A stretch of DNA of 64,000 nt from Octopus vulgaris (taxonomy: Eukaryota). Location: contig OX597835.1 of assembly GCA_951406725.2 (NCBI GenBank), positions 8,060,001 to 8,124,000 on the forward strand. The letters are read 5' to 3'. Positions 51,622 to 64,000 of the stretch are shown here, one piece after another. The notes below the pieces were generated by a model, which had not been told where the DNA came from, did no database searches, and worked only from the letters and a program-made list of their open reading frames with translations. Positions within the stretch are counted from its first letter, which is position 1, and each line of letters opens with the position of its first letter. The position numbers were made by a program, and so were the translations under genes.

Positions 51622-51764
51622 TACATTTATGTATATGTATTTATGCATATATTTACATGCATTTATTTGCATCTATAAATTTTGATTCTTTTAGTTGTTT
51701 CAGTCGATGAACGGCGGCCACCCTGGAGCATCACCTTGTTTATATTAAATTATCACCTTTATTA

Positions 51765-52320
51765 AGTTTTTCTATATTTTTTCTGGAAGTTTATCTGTAA
51801 TTGATTTGGTACCTGTTGCTATTCCTTGAGCACAATTTAGTTCAGAGTTTTGATCCGTAGTATCAATGATTTTAAAGGTGCTATGCGTGGAAGGTATGCA
51901 AGAATCTTTCAGTTCTTGCATTTAATTTTTCCTTTCATGGTGAACTTTGGAACATGACCTTGCAGGATCTTCTATAGATAAATAAAAACATACTTATCAT
52001 TGCATCCTTTAAGAGAATTGAGACGTAGAGCTTTGGAACTTACTCAGTAATGAAAGAAGTTATTTTATGAGCGAACGTCCTCTGTAATCTTTCAATTTCT
52101 TGTGAATAATTGTGTTTGGAAACCGAAGCTGGAAACAATAATCTAACCAACATTTCCTATGAGTAATTTCTGGCTTTTCAATTTTCTGTTTAGTTTTATT
52201 TCTTCCTTTGGTCTCTTTACCTTTGTTATATTTTGTTAAAGATTGTTTCTGATAATCTGACATAGAACTTGCAACAAATCTCAATTACGAAAATGATCTA
52301 TGGATCCGCAACATCCCCTG
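51765..52320 (-). mobile_element. old CR1-like LINE remnant
   Basis: Frameshifted LDYCFQL..QEIERLQRTF..KALRLNSL..YVFIYL.KILQGHVP. Confidence 0.55.
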
Positions 52321-53148
52321 TTTACCCAATCGTTATCTCACTTTCTCTGATTTCTCATCATTTCTGTCCCCTCTTTTTTATGTCTTTATTGCATTTTTGT
52401 CATTCTAATATTCGAGCATAAACGACCTCCCCTGAATCACCTGTGAAAAATATCCCTAAATATGTTGGGATCACGCAGTTATTATTTTGATTTATATACA
52501 TCCTATGAAGTGTTACCTTTTATATCCTCAAGGTGCCTAACCATATATTTATTTATTCCGATTTCCTTTTCCCACATGCAAACAAACTGATGCATAATTT
52601 TGGTTTTGATATTGCGAATATTGTTTAATCTGTTCCATTGCTTAGATTCTGTTTGAGATTTGGCGTCAAGAAACTCGGAATTACATTTTAAGTTTAAACT
52701 AGAAACACATATTCTTATGCCTTCAAGGTTGCATATTAACTACGTAAGAAATATACGATAACAATTTATTAACACAGTTTTGTTACCAACTAAGAAATCC
52801 ACGACATCATTTGTAAAAGAATCTATAATTTATTTCTATTTACAAAAGCAATATTTTTATCGAATCAGCAATATATCGAATTACAGACGTGGGATAAATA
52901 TTAATAGCGATTTGCCAGGTAAAAAAAAACATTAATGAAATTGCTAATTTATTCAGATTATCATTATATCGAACTTGTTCTTTTCGTCTGTCTTACATCT
53001 CCCTCTCTCTCTCTCGTATATGCATACACACAGAGACACACACTCATACATACATATACGCATATATACAACATACATATATACATATGTGTGTGTGCGT
53101 GTCTGCGTGTGTATACCTGTGTATATATGTATATATACTTATGAATAC

Positions 53149-53192
<44 letters not shown>

Positions 53193-53344
53193 TTAGAGAC
53201 AAAACCACTATTAGGCAAATCATACAATGAAAAACTTAAGCCAATACATAAGATTATTTAATTTATATTATTTAAATATATAACAAAATTATTTAAAAAA
53301 TCTGATTTTCCTGTAAGTTTGGATTCTTCCCTCACTATTATTAA

Positions 53345-53372
<28 letters not shown>

Positions 53373-53377
<5 letters not shown>

Positions 53378-53758
53378 TCGGGGTGAGTACTTGATAATTA
53401 TAAGCACCTGTGTATACCGTTTGGTGGTGTAGGTGGTGGAGTAAATTGATCAAAATAAAATAAAAACATGATGCGAAGGATTCAGCGGTACATATGTTTC
53501 GGGCCTTTATTAGACAGATTTATAACAATGCATAATGTATGTCTGTGGCCTTCTCCACGCGCAGGAATGTTGACATTATGTCGTACGTGAATGAGAGGAT
53601 TTGCATCCCCAACCAAGAATTTTTGATGTAACACATGTCCTTGCGGAAGCTGTTGTGCGCGGCTGAAGAAGGCCACAGACATACATTATGCATTGTTATA
53701 AATCTGTCTAATAAAGGCCCGAAACATATGTACCGCTGAATCCTTCGCATCATGTTTT

Positions 53759-53765
<7 letters not shown>
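53373..53765. mobile_element. (TA)n-flanked fold-back element: 99-bp perfect arms, 112-bp spacer
   Basis: 53456-53554 is the reverse complement of 53667-53765. Confidence 0.85.
53659..53736 (+). ncRNA. type I hammerhead ribozyme motif
   Basis: gcgg-CTGAAGA-a-ggcc[loop]ggcc-c-GAA-AC-atat-GT-A-ccgc: helix I 4 bp, helix II ggcc/ggcc, palindromic helix III acatatgt, GUA cleavage triplet. Confidence 0.75.
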
Positions 53766-53795
<30 letters not shown>

Positions 53796-54339
53796 TGTGT
53801 GTGTGTGTGTGTATGTCTAGTTCTGCACATTTATTAATAACCGTAGCAACTACTTTACTCTTTCAATGTATTTTTCTCATTCCTTTGCGATATTCTTTCT
53901 TTCATCCATTTCTTAATTTCGTGCCATTTCTAAGTTTTTCTTCTTCATTCGTTTCCTCTTATTTTGTACCTTCTTTATAGTTTATTGTTTTATCGTTCGT
54001 AATTTGTGTTATTGGAAGCCACTTCCACCATGGCAGCAACCAAGCAGCGATAGAAATGTATCAAACAACTTCTTTCTACGTGGTAGGTTAAAGAATTATA
54101 GGATAATAAATATAAAAGATAAAAAAAAATTAAACCGTTAATTTCGAAGCTACAGTAGGAAAGAGATAGATAAATAGATAATCTTCCCTAGATAGATAGA
54201 TAGACACAGTAGAGAGAGAGAGATAGAGAGAGAGATGGAGAGAGAGAGAGAGAGAGAGAGAGTAAATCTGGGATGCAAATCGGCGCGTGACATATAGATT
54301 CTATTGAGTTGGGATGCATCGCTTCAGGAGAATATTTAC

Positions 54340-54432
54340 GAAGGTGGTTGCAATGGGTTTCGAGCTGCCGGTTTGAAGATCATTCGGATCCAGAGACTGA
54401 TCAATAAACGAAAACACTTCCATGTTTTGATC
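54340..54432 (-). CDS. weak candidate 93-nt exon (DQNMEVFSFIDQSLDPNDLQTGSSKPIATTF)
   Basis: Acceptor ttgtctctacag|G, weak donor |gtaaat, length a multiple of 3. Confidence 0.2.
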
Positions 54433-55296
54433 CTGTAGAGACAATTTATTGTTAAATATCTTGGTTACTGCTGCCATCCGCATTTGCTGCGCTTTGTTAC
54501 TATGGTGGCAGAACCTTCGCCACATCAATCTCTCGGTCTTTTTCGCACTCTCCCGCTCTCCGTCTCGATCCCACTCTCTCTTTTCCCAAACGCATACGCG
54601 CACCTTCACGCACACACACACACACACTCTCTCGCACACTCACATTTTCTTTATTATTGAAACTCCTAAAATAGGCAGTGGCCCCGAGACAAACTCTGCT
54701 CACCGGGTGTGTTCGCTTATACACGTATGCATAGCTAGAAATCTCTAGTGCTGAAATGCCTATATATCTAGTGATGTCGCATATTTTTTGCTGAAACATG
54801 TACGGCTTAGGTTGGAGCGGTGTATTTGTTATAAAATTTTATACATGTCAAATTTCACAACTGACTTGTTCTCAAGTATGAGTAAACAATATGAAAAGCA
54901 GTGACGACTTGTATATGAGTAACACTAGAAATATTCAACGAAAGCAAATTAGCAGGAGAAGCAAAGCAACAACAATAAAAAAGCAACATATTTGAAAAGA
55001 AATTCTAGCACAAAATACATATGAAAACGAAACACCCGAATGGGTGCCTATGTGTGTATATGTGTCAACAAGTATGTGTGTGTGTGTATGCATGTGTGTG
55101 AATGTGTGTGTGCATGAGAGAGAGAGAGTATCTGTGGGTGTACAGTACCCTTTAGCACCTGCTAAGGCATGTGTTATCGAAAACGTTTACACTGACCTAG
55201 AAGATGAGAAGGAACGTTGGGTTGTGCCAAACTGTGCACTACAATTCTACTATCAGCTTTCACCCGCATTTGGGTACATCAAATTCAACATATATA

Positions 55297-55522
55297 TTTC
55301 TTTACTGCTCACAAGGGGCTAGACACAGAGGGGACAAACAAGGACAGACAAAGGGATTAAGTCGATTACATTGACCCCAGTGCGTAACTGGTACTTAATT
55401 TATCGACCCCGAAAGGATGAAAGGCAAAGTCGACCTCGGCGGAATTTGAACTCGGAACGTAACGACAGACGAAATACGGCTACGCATTTCGCCCGGCGTG
55501 CTAACGTTTCTGCCAGCTCGCC
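55297..55522 (-). mobile_element. SINE family A, tail type 2
   Basis: 17-bp TSD caaattcaacatatata at 55280-55296 and 55523-55539. Confidence 0.93.
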
Positions 55523-55550
55523 CAAATTCAACATATATACACCAAAAACC

Positions 55551-55967
55551 TACTCTTTTAATCTTTTACTTGTTTCAGTCATTTGACTGCGGCAATGCTG
55601 GAGCACCGCCTTTAATCGAGCAACTCGACCCCGGAACTTATTCTTTTTGTAAGCCCAGTACTTATTCTATCGGTCTCTTTTGCCAAACCGCTAAGTAACG
55701 GGGACGTAAACACACCAGCATCGGTTGTCAAGCAATGCTAGGGGGACAAACACAGACACACAAGCAAACACACATACATATATATATATATATATACATA
55801 TATACGACAGGCTTCTTTCCGTTTCCGTCTACCAAATCCACTCACAAGGCATTGGTCGGCCCGGGGCTATAGCAGAAGACACTTGCCCAAGATGCCACGC
55901 AGTAGGACTGAACCCGGAACCATGTGGTTGGTTAGCAAGCTACTTACCACACAGCCACTCCTGCACC
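55551..55967 (-). mobile_element. SINE family C, full length
   Basis: Match to 11069-11486. Confidence 0.93.
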
Positions 55968-56536
55968 TATGTACAATAAACAGATCACTTGTGGGGATAT
56001 TTGAATGATTTAAGTAATTCAGTAGGGATGAATTAATTGATACAGGACAGATGAAATAACGGAAAAGTCTCTGTCCAAAAGTTGGCTCGTCGTTGGTCGA
56101 AAATGAAGGGGAAGTCTTTTACATGCTGTTTTAGTGAAAATGGTACACCTTTTCCCACGTAATAAACAGCTATAAAGTCAGTTGTTGTAGGAGGTCAGTA
56201 GCAGTAGAAACGAGTTCTCATTTGAAGTCAGTGTCAGCTACGTGACATATACGAGTTCGAACCACCGTAAAGGTAGACGTTTCAAAGTCGTTGTCTTGCA
56301 GACGTATCAGCGATAGTACGATAGACGAGTGAAAGATAATAAGGCTCAGAATACCGTCACAACATCATAGTGGTGACAAGAATATTACAGTGTTGACGAC
56401 AACATACAAGTGGACGAGGATCCACATTATAACACACACTCACATGCATAGATATACACATATATAATACATACATATATATGAATATATATATATATAT
56501 TTAAAGCAAATAGGTAACAAGGATGTCAAGGTATTA

Positions 56537-56625
56537 ATACATTACGGCCGTTTCAGGCAGCTCCATTTAATCGATCAATGCAAGCATTACACCAGTTTGA
56601 AATACATCGCCTTCCTCGGATGCAT
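56537..56625 (-). ncRNA. type I hammerhead ribozyme motif (U4C core variant)
   Basis: Minus strand atgcat-CCGAGGA-aggc[50 nt]gcct-GAA-AC-ggcc-GT-A-atgtat: helix I 6 bp including one G.U, palindromic helix III acggccgt, GUA triplet. Confidence 0.7.
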
Positions 56626-57256
56626 AAGACCATATAGGTTTTCAACATACAGGACGTTGCCTTATAATTTTATAGCAAATATTTCATCTGAACTAGAGAA
56701 TAAAAGAATTACATGCTTATTGTTTTAATTTTAGCCGAATGAACTTATGGAGAAAATACTCCAGCTGTAATTTGGAGTGACAGAAGAGAATAACAACGGC
56801 GGTCATGAGAGGGTAATATAGTTTCATTCATTTATCTCCTCATCACCATCAAAAGATTTAGTGCAGCTAGTATACTACGTCCACTAAGAATTAAAACTAC
56901 TGGGAATCGACAGTTAAGTTCTGGTAGCTGATGATAAAATAATTAATGTCAGATACTCTCCTAAACCCCTAATTTACAATGGCTATAAATTCGCTATGAC
57001 TACATAAAGGAAGTCAGAGTAAGTCAGTAAGATAGTGGTATATGCTCAGAAAGACGGAGGTTAGGGGTGACATAAGCTTTTTCTTATTATCATCAATTAA
57101 AAGGGACTTAAAATAGGAAACAAAGGAGATCACAATGAGATCTAAATATATGCTTTGCGCATATATTTGCATATAGTAGAGGAAATAGCTAAATTCTTTA
57201 GCTGCTATTTCTAAAAGTTCGGTGTGTGGTAAAGCAAATATTTTTTTGCTGAACCC

Positions 57257-57298
<42 letters not shown>

Positions 57299-57359
57299 CA
57301 TTCACATATAAACATTTGTGGTAGTTTATGTAAAACACGAACTTATACATATACATACT

Positions 57360-57413
<54 letters not shown>

Positions 57414-57417
57414 CACA

Positions 57418-57473
<56 letters not shown>

Positions 57474-59681
57474 CAGACACAAACATATAAATACATGCAT
57501 ATATAATACATAGGAGTCTTTATGCTCTAAGACATTCGAGTTTCTCCAATTATGTTTCCCATTATCTGTCTTTCGCACGTCTTTTAGATGAAATATCTGC
57601 TGCAGGAACCAAATTTGAAAATCTTTTGCACAAAACAAACGACTTCCTGTCAGCCATTAGATTTCCCTGTAACACTATTTCCGGTTGAACGTGTCGTCTG
57701 TCCGCTTTCATTTTCTTTTGGTCAGACGGACAGAAGGCACGTCGGGTTGTCGGTGTTGCTGCTGTTGTTTAACTCCAGGACACTTTTGATCAATGACACC
57801 CACCATAAAAATAGATCCAGCCGTAGATAAAGAGTTCTACTATCGTTCATTGTATAATTGTTATCCTTTATCTTTTTTTGTTTAATCTAAGTTAGATTTG
57901 TTACTCTTTCTAGCAAATCAAAAGACCACTTGCTGGTAACACGAAACATTTCATATTACTTTAGTGGCGTTGAATAATGGATGATGTCCGAATGTAGTTG
58001 ACGGTGGCGGTTGTGATGCCCGGATGTTGATGATGGTTGTGGTGGTGGTGGTGATGGTGGTGGGTAGCAAGGTGATGCTTAGGGTGTGGAAGAATCGGAA
58101 GACCTTTTTTTTTTATTAATTAACTCTTGGTTAATCTTTATAAAGCAAGTCAATGCAAACCTATGTTATTTAACGTTTCCTTCTTTTAAAACAATAAAAT
58201 GTGTTTCGAAGGCAATGTGGCTGCCATTTCTAGCTTGACGGGCGTCCGCATAATAAGGTCACTGGTTGTATGCAGAGGTCAAATCTAATGACATGGTTTG
58301 AAAAAGAATTTGATTGACGTGGGTTTTGTCGCTGTTTAACACTAGGCCAGACTTTGAGGATGCGCTCCTAACATGACCTTCTCTCCTTTTAATATATCAG
58401 GTATTACAATGTTCGCCACCACCACAGAAGTAACACCACCACCACCACCACCATCACCACCACCACCACCATAAAACAACTACCACCACCATTTCGGTCG
58501 CCACCACTACTTCCGCAACCACTACCATCACTACCACCATCATCATATCACCTCGCACTATCATCATCAGCATCACTACAACTGCCACCATCACCCTCAA
58601 GCCCCCCCCCCCCACTGACCGACTAAATCTAGCAAGATGAGATGCTAACAGATTGGAGACAGGAAGTTTCATTAGAATCCTTGTGTCTCCAAAGCTGTAA
58701 CAGCTAATGATGCAATTGAGATGTGGTTGTAGTTGAGAGGGGCACGAGAGTGGAGGGAGGAGGTGGAATGGGTTCACGATCAATCGTTGTTGCTGTTGTT
58801 GTTGTCGTCGTCGTCGCTGGTGTTACTGCTGCTGCTGATGCTGCTGCAGCTGCTGCTGTTGCCCTCGCTGTTATTGCTGCTGCTGTTGTGCTCTGTGACC
58901 TGCTTCTGGTGCAGATAGATTCGGTTACTGATGTCCGTGTTTAGCCCTGACCCTTTCCCCATTGAACAGGTTTACTATCAAAAGTATTCCGGTTATGACC
59001 GTTCCACCTTTTTTTTCTTCTTCAGGTTCTAATCTAGGCATTGGATATTTGGTTTAAATAATCGTGTTGCAACAACGTAGTCCTGGGTTCAGTTCCATTG
59101 CGCAGAATTTTGTGCAAGAATTTCTCACTGTAGCTTTGGGGACGTCAAATGCATTGTCATTGAAATTACTCGACAGGAATTCTATGAAAGCCAACTTTGC
59201 CTTTTAATCTCTCAGAGTCGGCAAAGTACCAGTCATGAATTAGAGTCGATATAATTAATATTCTCCTCACAGAAACTACTGGCCAAATATATAAATTAGA
59301 CGCTATTATAACACGTACTCAAAGCTATCCATAAGTTAGTTGTTTGTCTATATAGAAACTTTTTCTATTATTTATTCTATATTGTTATTAAGCTGACCAG
59401 AAGCGCATGGAGCCAGTTGTTTGCTTTTGCTACTACCTCTGCCTCATTGCTGCTGCTGTTGTAAACTTTAAAACCATCGCCACGACTAGGATCACCAAAG
59501 TGAAAGCAGTAATATAACGTAATACTTGTACCTACTTACGGACAATAATTTATCTGTGGGTGTTAATCAAAAATCGATGCGTAGAAATAGAAAGGTATGG
59601 GAAATGGTCCCTGGCTGACATACACTTCCTCATTAGAGTCTGATAATCTCTGAATGAAACCCTTGTAATAAGGCATTCCGT

Positions 59682-59814
59682 TTACGGGGACGTAAAAACG
59701 CCACCATCTGTTGTCAAGCGATGTTGGGGGGACAAACACAGACACATAAACACACACACACACACATGCACGCACACACACACACATGCACGCACACACA
59801 CACACACACACACA

Positions 59815-59849
<35 letters not shown>

Positions 59850-60011
59850 GACAGGCTTCTTTCAGTTTCCGTCTACCAAATTCACTCACAAGGTTTTGAT
59901 CGGCCTGGGGCTATAGCAGAAGACACTTGCCCAAGGTGCCACGCAGTGGGACTGAACCCGGAACTATGTGGTTCGTAAGCAAGCTACTTACCACACAGCC
60001 ACTCCTACGCC
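59682..60011 (-). mobile_element. SINE family C, 3' truncated, with expanded internal microsatellite
   Basis: Match to the family C head and mid-body. Confidence 0.9.
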
Positions 60012-60572
60012 AATGATGATAATAATGATGATGATCATTATCATTATCATCATTGGCAACAACAACAACAAAAACAAAAACCACAAAGGGTAAAAACAAA
60101 ACTAGAACAACGAATGGAAGAATACTGGCAACTGCCAAGCGTACGTACAAAGTGTGTGTATTGGAATGTGAATGTGTGACTATGTGTGTGTGTATATGTC
60201 AGTGTGTGTGCGCATGTGTGCATTTCTTATTCTGTGTCTCTTATACGTGTACGCATGTGTCAGCACGTGCGTGTATGTCTTGAGGCAAGTATGTGCAATT
60301 GTCTGTGTTTGTCTCTGTCTGTGTGTCTCTAATCGTACATCAATTGAAGTTTCCGTTACAAAAATTTCTGCCGTCCTTGGTGCGAGGTCAAAGTTCAGTG
60401 CCGCTCTTGTAATTTACAATATTGCTGGTTCTTGGCCAAAGTGTTATGTAAGTAGGGGGCAGGGGTCAAGGAAGAGTGAGGTCACGACGTACGGTTGGCT
60501 GGCATTGTTGTGGATGTGGATGTGAAATGCGGCATCAATAATTGTATAGATACAGGAAAATATGTATATAAA

Positions 60573-60925
<353 letters not shown>

Positions 60926-60932
60926 ATCCAAA

Positions 60933-61661
60933 CAAGGTCTGATCAATAAGTATCCTGACTGTTGCCATAGTAACGAATCTAAATCACGTGGAGTAAAGCT
61001 GCTGGGCATAGATTGACATTGAACCCTGCTGTGTATGTGCATTTACAAGGACTTCTTTTTTTCTCCGGGCACGATAGAACGAGATTTGAAGAAATGAAAA
61101 CCTACAATGTGTGACGTGTTACGCCTTCAATTGATTTTAGTGAAATGAGACAAATGTAACTCGTTTCCGCTTTTTACAGCAGTGCTCGGAAGGAAGGTGT
61201 GTAGCGTGCGATCGTCGCATTGACCATGACAGAGAAAGTTGTCGTGGCGATACCTGCTTAGAGGCATACGCTAAGTTGCAGAAAGTGTATGGAGAGGGGT
61301 TTATGAACCGCACACAGATCTTACGAGTGTTTCGGACGTTTCAAGGATGGCCGAATGTTCTGGAAGGTCCGCAACCAGCAGAACTGAGAAGAACATTGCA
61401 GATATGTGTGGAACTGTGGGGGTAAATTGTAAAATCACCATCCGTAAATTATCAGAGCTTGTACAGATCAGTTACGGTTCGCTTCAGTTTATTATTACTG
61501 AAGATTCCTGTATAAGACTCGTGTCTGCCAACTTTGTGCTAAAACCGTTTTCAGTTGACCAAAAAGACACTCGGGTTTCAGTTGCCCAAATGTATCGAGA
61601 ACGATGAAAACTATTTGGCCCTCTGAGCAGCTATCGCCAAGCTTTTGGCAAAATTTAATGC
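60933..61661 (+). mobile_element. mariner-family DNA transposon remnant (left TIR plus N-terminal transposase)
   Basis: TIR-like caaggtctgatcaataagtatcctgact. Translation EAYAKLQKVYGE..RFKDGR..SGRSATSRTEKNI..ITIRKLSELVQISYGS..VSANFVLKPFSVDQKDTRV (HTH plus WVPR-like motif). Confidence 0.85.
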
Positions 61662-61892
61662 ATGGCTTAGTGGTTAGAGCGTCGAGCTTACGATCGCGAG
61701 GTTGTGAGTTCGATTCCCAGACTGGGCTGCGTGCCGTGTTCTTGAGCAAGACACTTCATTACACGTTGCTCCAGTTAACTCAGCTGTAGAAATGAGTTGC
61801 GACATCATCACTGGTGCCAAGCTGTATCGGCTTTTGCCTTTCCCTTGGATAACATCAGTGTTGTGGAGAGCGAGGCTGGTATGCATGGGCGA
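61662..61892 (+). mobile_element. CORE-like tRNA-derived SINE with a different 3' part from 37662-37923
   Basis: A box tggcttagtgg, B box gagttcgattccc, core gtgttcttgagcaagacact..ctccagttaactcagctg..aaatgagt. Confidence 0.85.
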
Positions 61893-62010
61893 TACGACAG
61901 ACTTCTTTCGGTTTTCGTCAAACAAATCCAATGACAAAGCTTTGGTCGGCCTGAGGCTATAGTAGAAGACACTTGCCCAAGGTGCCTTTTAGCATACAAC
62001 CACGCCTGCG

Positions 62011-62012
<2 letters not shown>
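61893..62012 (-). mobile_element. SINE family C fragment
   Basis: ggtcggcctgaggctatagtagaagacacttgcccaaggtgcc..cctgcgcc. Confidence 0.8.
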
Positions 62013-62047
<35 letters not shown>

Positions 62048-62052
<5 letters not shown>

Positions 62053-62210
62053 TAATCCAAACAAGAAAGCACAAAAAACACAACAACGCGAGGACGTGGA
62101 ACAAATATAGTATTATTGTATGCTCAGGAAAGAAGGAAAGAAGTAGGGTTTAACGTTTCGAGCGGAGCTCTTCGTCGGAAACATAGGAGAAGGAAAGATC
62201 CAGAGAAGGG
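62048..62210 (-). mobile_element. (TA)n-flanked Penelope-like terminus, family H1
   Basis: Third copy of the element at 36826-37006 and 41681-41895. Confidence 0.72.
62148..62182 (-). ncRNA. minimal type I hammerhead motif (U4C variant)
   Basis: gttt-CCGACGA-a-gagc-tcc-gctc-GAA-ACGT-T-aaac; palindromic helix III ACGU, GUU triplet. Confidence 0.62.
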
Positions 62211-62219
62211 AATATACAT

Positions 62220-62258
<39 letters not shown>

Positions 62259-63380
62259 GAAAACAGAGCAAGAACGAGCAGGTGACAAACAATAAACGAG
62301 AGTAAAATCATTAAGAAAGAAAACTAAGAGTAATAAGGGGAGAGAGTGGGGAGAGAAAGAGGGAGAGAGAGAGAGGAAGAGAGAGAGACAGGGAGATAGG
62401 GAGAAATACACTGAGAGATAGATAGACGTAGAGGGAAATGAGAAGGCAAAGCTGAGAGAAAGAGATAGGAGCCGCGGAAACAGTATCTGTTCTCAGACAG
62501 ACGGAAAAATATATCTCTGATAAGATGATAAGAAACAAGTTATCCAATTCCCGCGACTCTTTACTATTGACTTTGCTGATTAAATTCACTGTTCTTTGTT
62601 TTCTATTCCATTTCCCCTTTGTTCTATGATTTGGCCAGCTAATGTCTGTGGCGGTAACAATCATTAAAAAAGTGTTTGATCGAATACAAATGTTTTTAGG
62701 TGTCGAAGAATAAAATATGTGTCAGAAGAAAATCTAATTAGGCTTAACAATAGAAAGTTTCTAACAGAGAACTTGCTGTCTTTGAGCGAAGAACAAGGAG
62801 TTGTTGGAAGACAAACAGAATGAAAAGTAAAATCCACATTGAGATGGATTCAAGAACCGGATTCGATTCCCAACTGAAATCAATAATCCTATTCAATTCC
62901 TATTCAAATAATAATTCCTTACGTTGGCATCTGGCACCAGAGATGCAATGAACAGGATTTATCAATAGAAACCGATAGAAAGTCTGCGAGCGGTCAGAAA
63001 CGCCAGCATACCGGACAGAAGGCTTGGCTGCATTTCTTTTGGTTGACCCAGGTCAACTTTACCTTTCATCCTTTCGTGGTCGATAAATACCAGGTGAGCA
63101 CTGGAGTTGATCTAATTTTGTCTCTCCCCACGAAATTGCTGACCTTATGATAAAATTTGAAACAATTATTAAAAAAACTATACATTCATATTAGTTTTCT
63201 CACAATATTTCGGCTATTTTACCTCCGGCCACTGACCGTGTATTCGGCAATATCCGTGACCTCTAGAACTGATCTTTTATAAAATCAACGGGTGTAGATT
63301 GATCTCGTTGCTTTCTCTACACGAAGTTCTCTAAACCAGGAATGGACCCCTTATTTAGCTCTGTTACTTGTGGACACTCC

Positions 63381-63662
63381 TCATCATCATCATTGTTCGA
63401 CCGTGGTCGAGACAATGGAATTTACCATGCTACGCCAGACTTCACGGTCCATCATGGCATTACGGAGGTCCTGTTGCTGGATGCCTGTATCCCTGGAGAT
63501 TACATCAGGGTAGGAGAGTGTGCGCCCTCTGGTATTGCGAGTAGATGGCTTCCAGAGGAGAAGAGTAGAAATTACTTCTTTTTCAGCTCTACAACAATGT
63601 CCAGCAAACTGGACTCTCCTACCTTTCACAAGAGATGACACAGGTGGTAGTTTCACATATAT
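63381..63662 (-). mobile_element. RTE-type LINE 3' end, 5'-truncated, (TGA)n tail
   Basis: KLPPVSSLVKGRRVQFAGHCCRAEKEVISTLLLWKP..DLRNAMMDREVWRSMVNSIVSTTVEQ*. Confidence 0.87.
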
Positions 63663-63683
63663 ACTTTAAATAGTGTGTGAATA

Positions 63684-63711
63684 TACACACACGCACCGCG
63701 CGCGCAAAACT

Positions 63712-63745
<34 letters not shown>

Positions 63746-63747
63746 CG

Positions 63748-63793
<46 letters not shown>
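63684..63793. repeat. (CA)n microsatellite
   Basis: Direct reading. Confidence 0.97.
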
Positions 63794-63794
<1 letters not shown>

Positions 63795-64000
63795 TATAGG
63801 CGGCTTTCGATACCAATGTAAATAACGATAAAATGTAATTGTTAAATTGGCCACATTTTGATCCTTATATGTGTGTGATTTTTGAGGATATTTTTGGCTG
63901 TTCTTTCTTACATTTCTATTAATCATGTTGACACTCGCTCAAAGCTATTTCAGTCAGCGCCTCACGGCATTTGTCATTTCGCTAAAATCAATGGAAGACA

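Overview
AT-rich, microsatellite-dense eukaryotic DNA, intronic or intergenic. The SINE repertoire points to an octopus/coleoid cephalopod genome (inference). No complete protein-coding gene is recognisable, and most ORFs in the track are translated microsatellites or transposon debris. Contents: four tRNA-derived SINE families (called A, B, C and CORE-like here, about 30 copies, several with clear TSDs), remnants of RTE, CR1 and R4/Dong-type LINEs, a Penelope-like ORF fragment, a mariner remnant, two non-autonomous Helitrons, a piggyBac-like MITE, a ~1.6-1.8 kb tandem duplication, several satellites and a few low-confidence exons. Two signals stand out. (1) At least 7 sequence-unrelated small fold-back elements share one asymmetric inverted-repeat architecture, mostly next to (TA)n. 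Several of them, plus other (TA)n-flanked elements, carry type I hammerhead ribozyme cores with palindromic helix III (best: 53659-53736 + and 56537-56625 -), consistent with diverse Penelope-like termini. (2) SINE family A forms head-to-tail multimers joined at one fixed internal site (GGTATTT) that matches its own 3' tail, suggesting self-targeted insertion or multimeric transcripts. All calls are by eye; no alignment, folding or database search was run.
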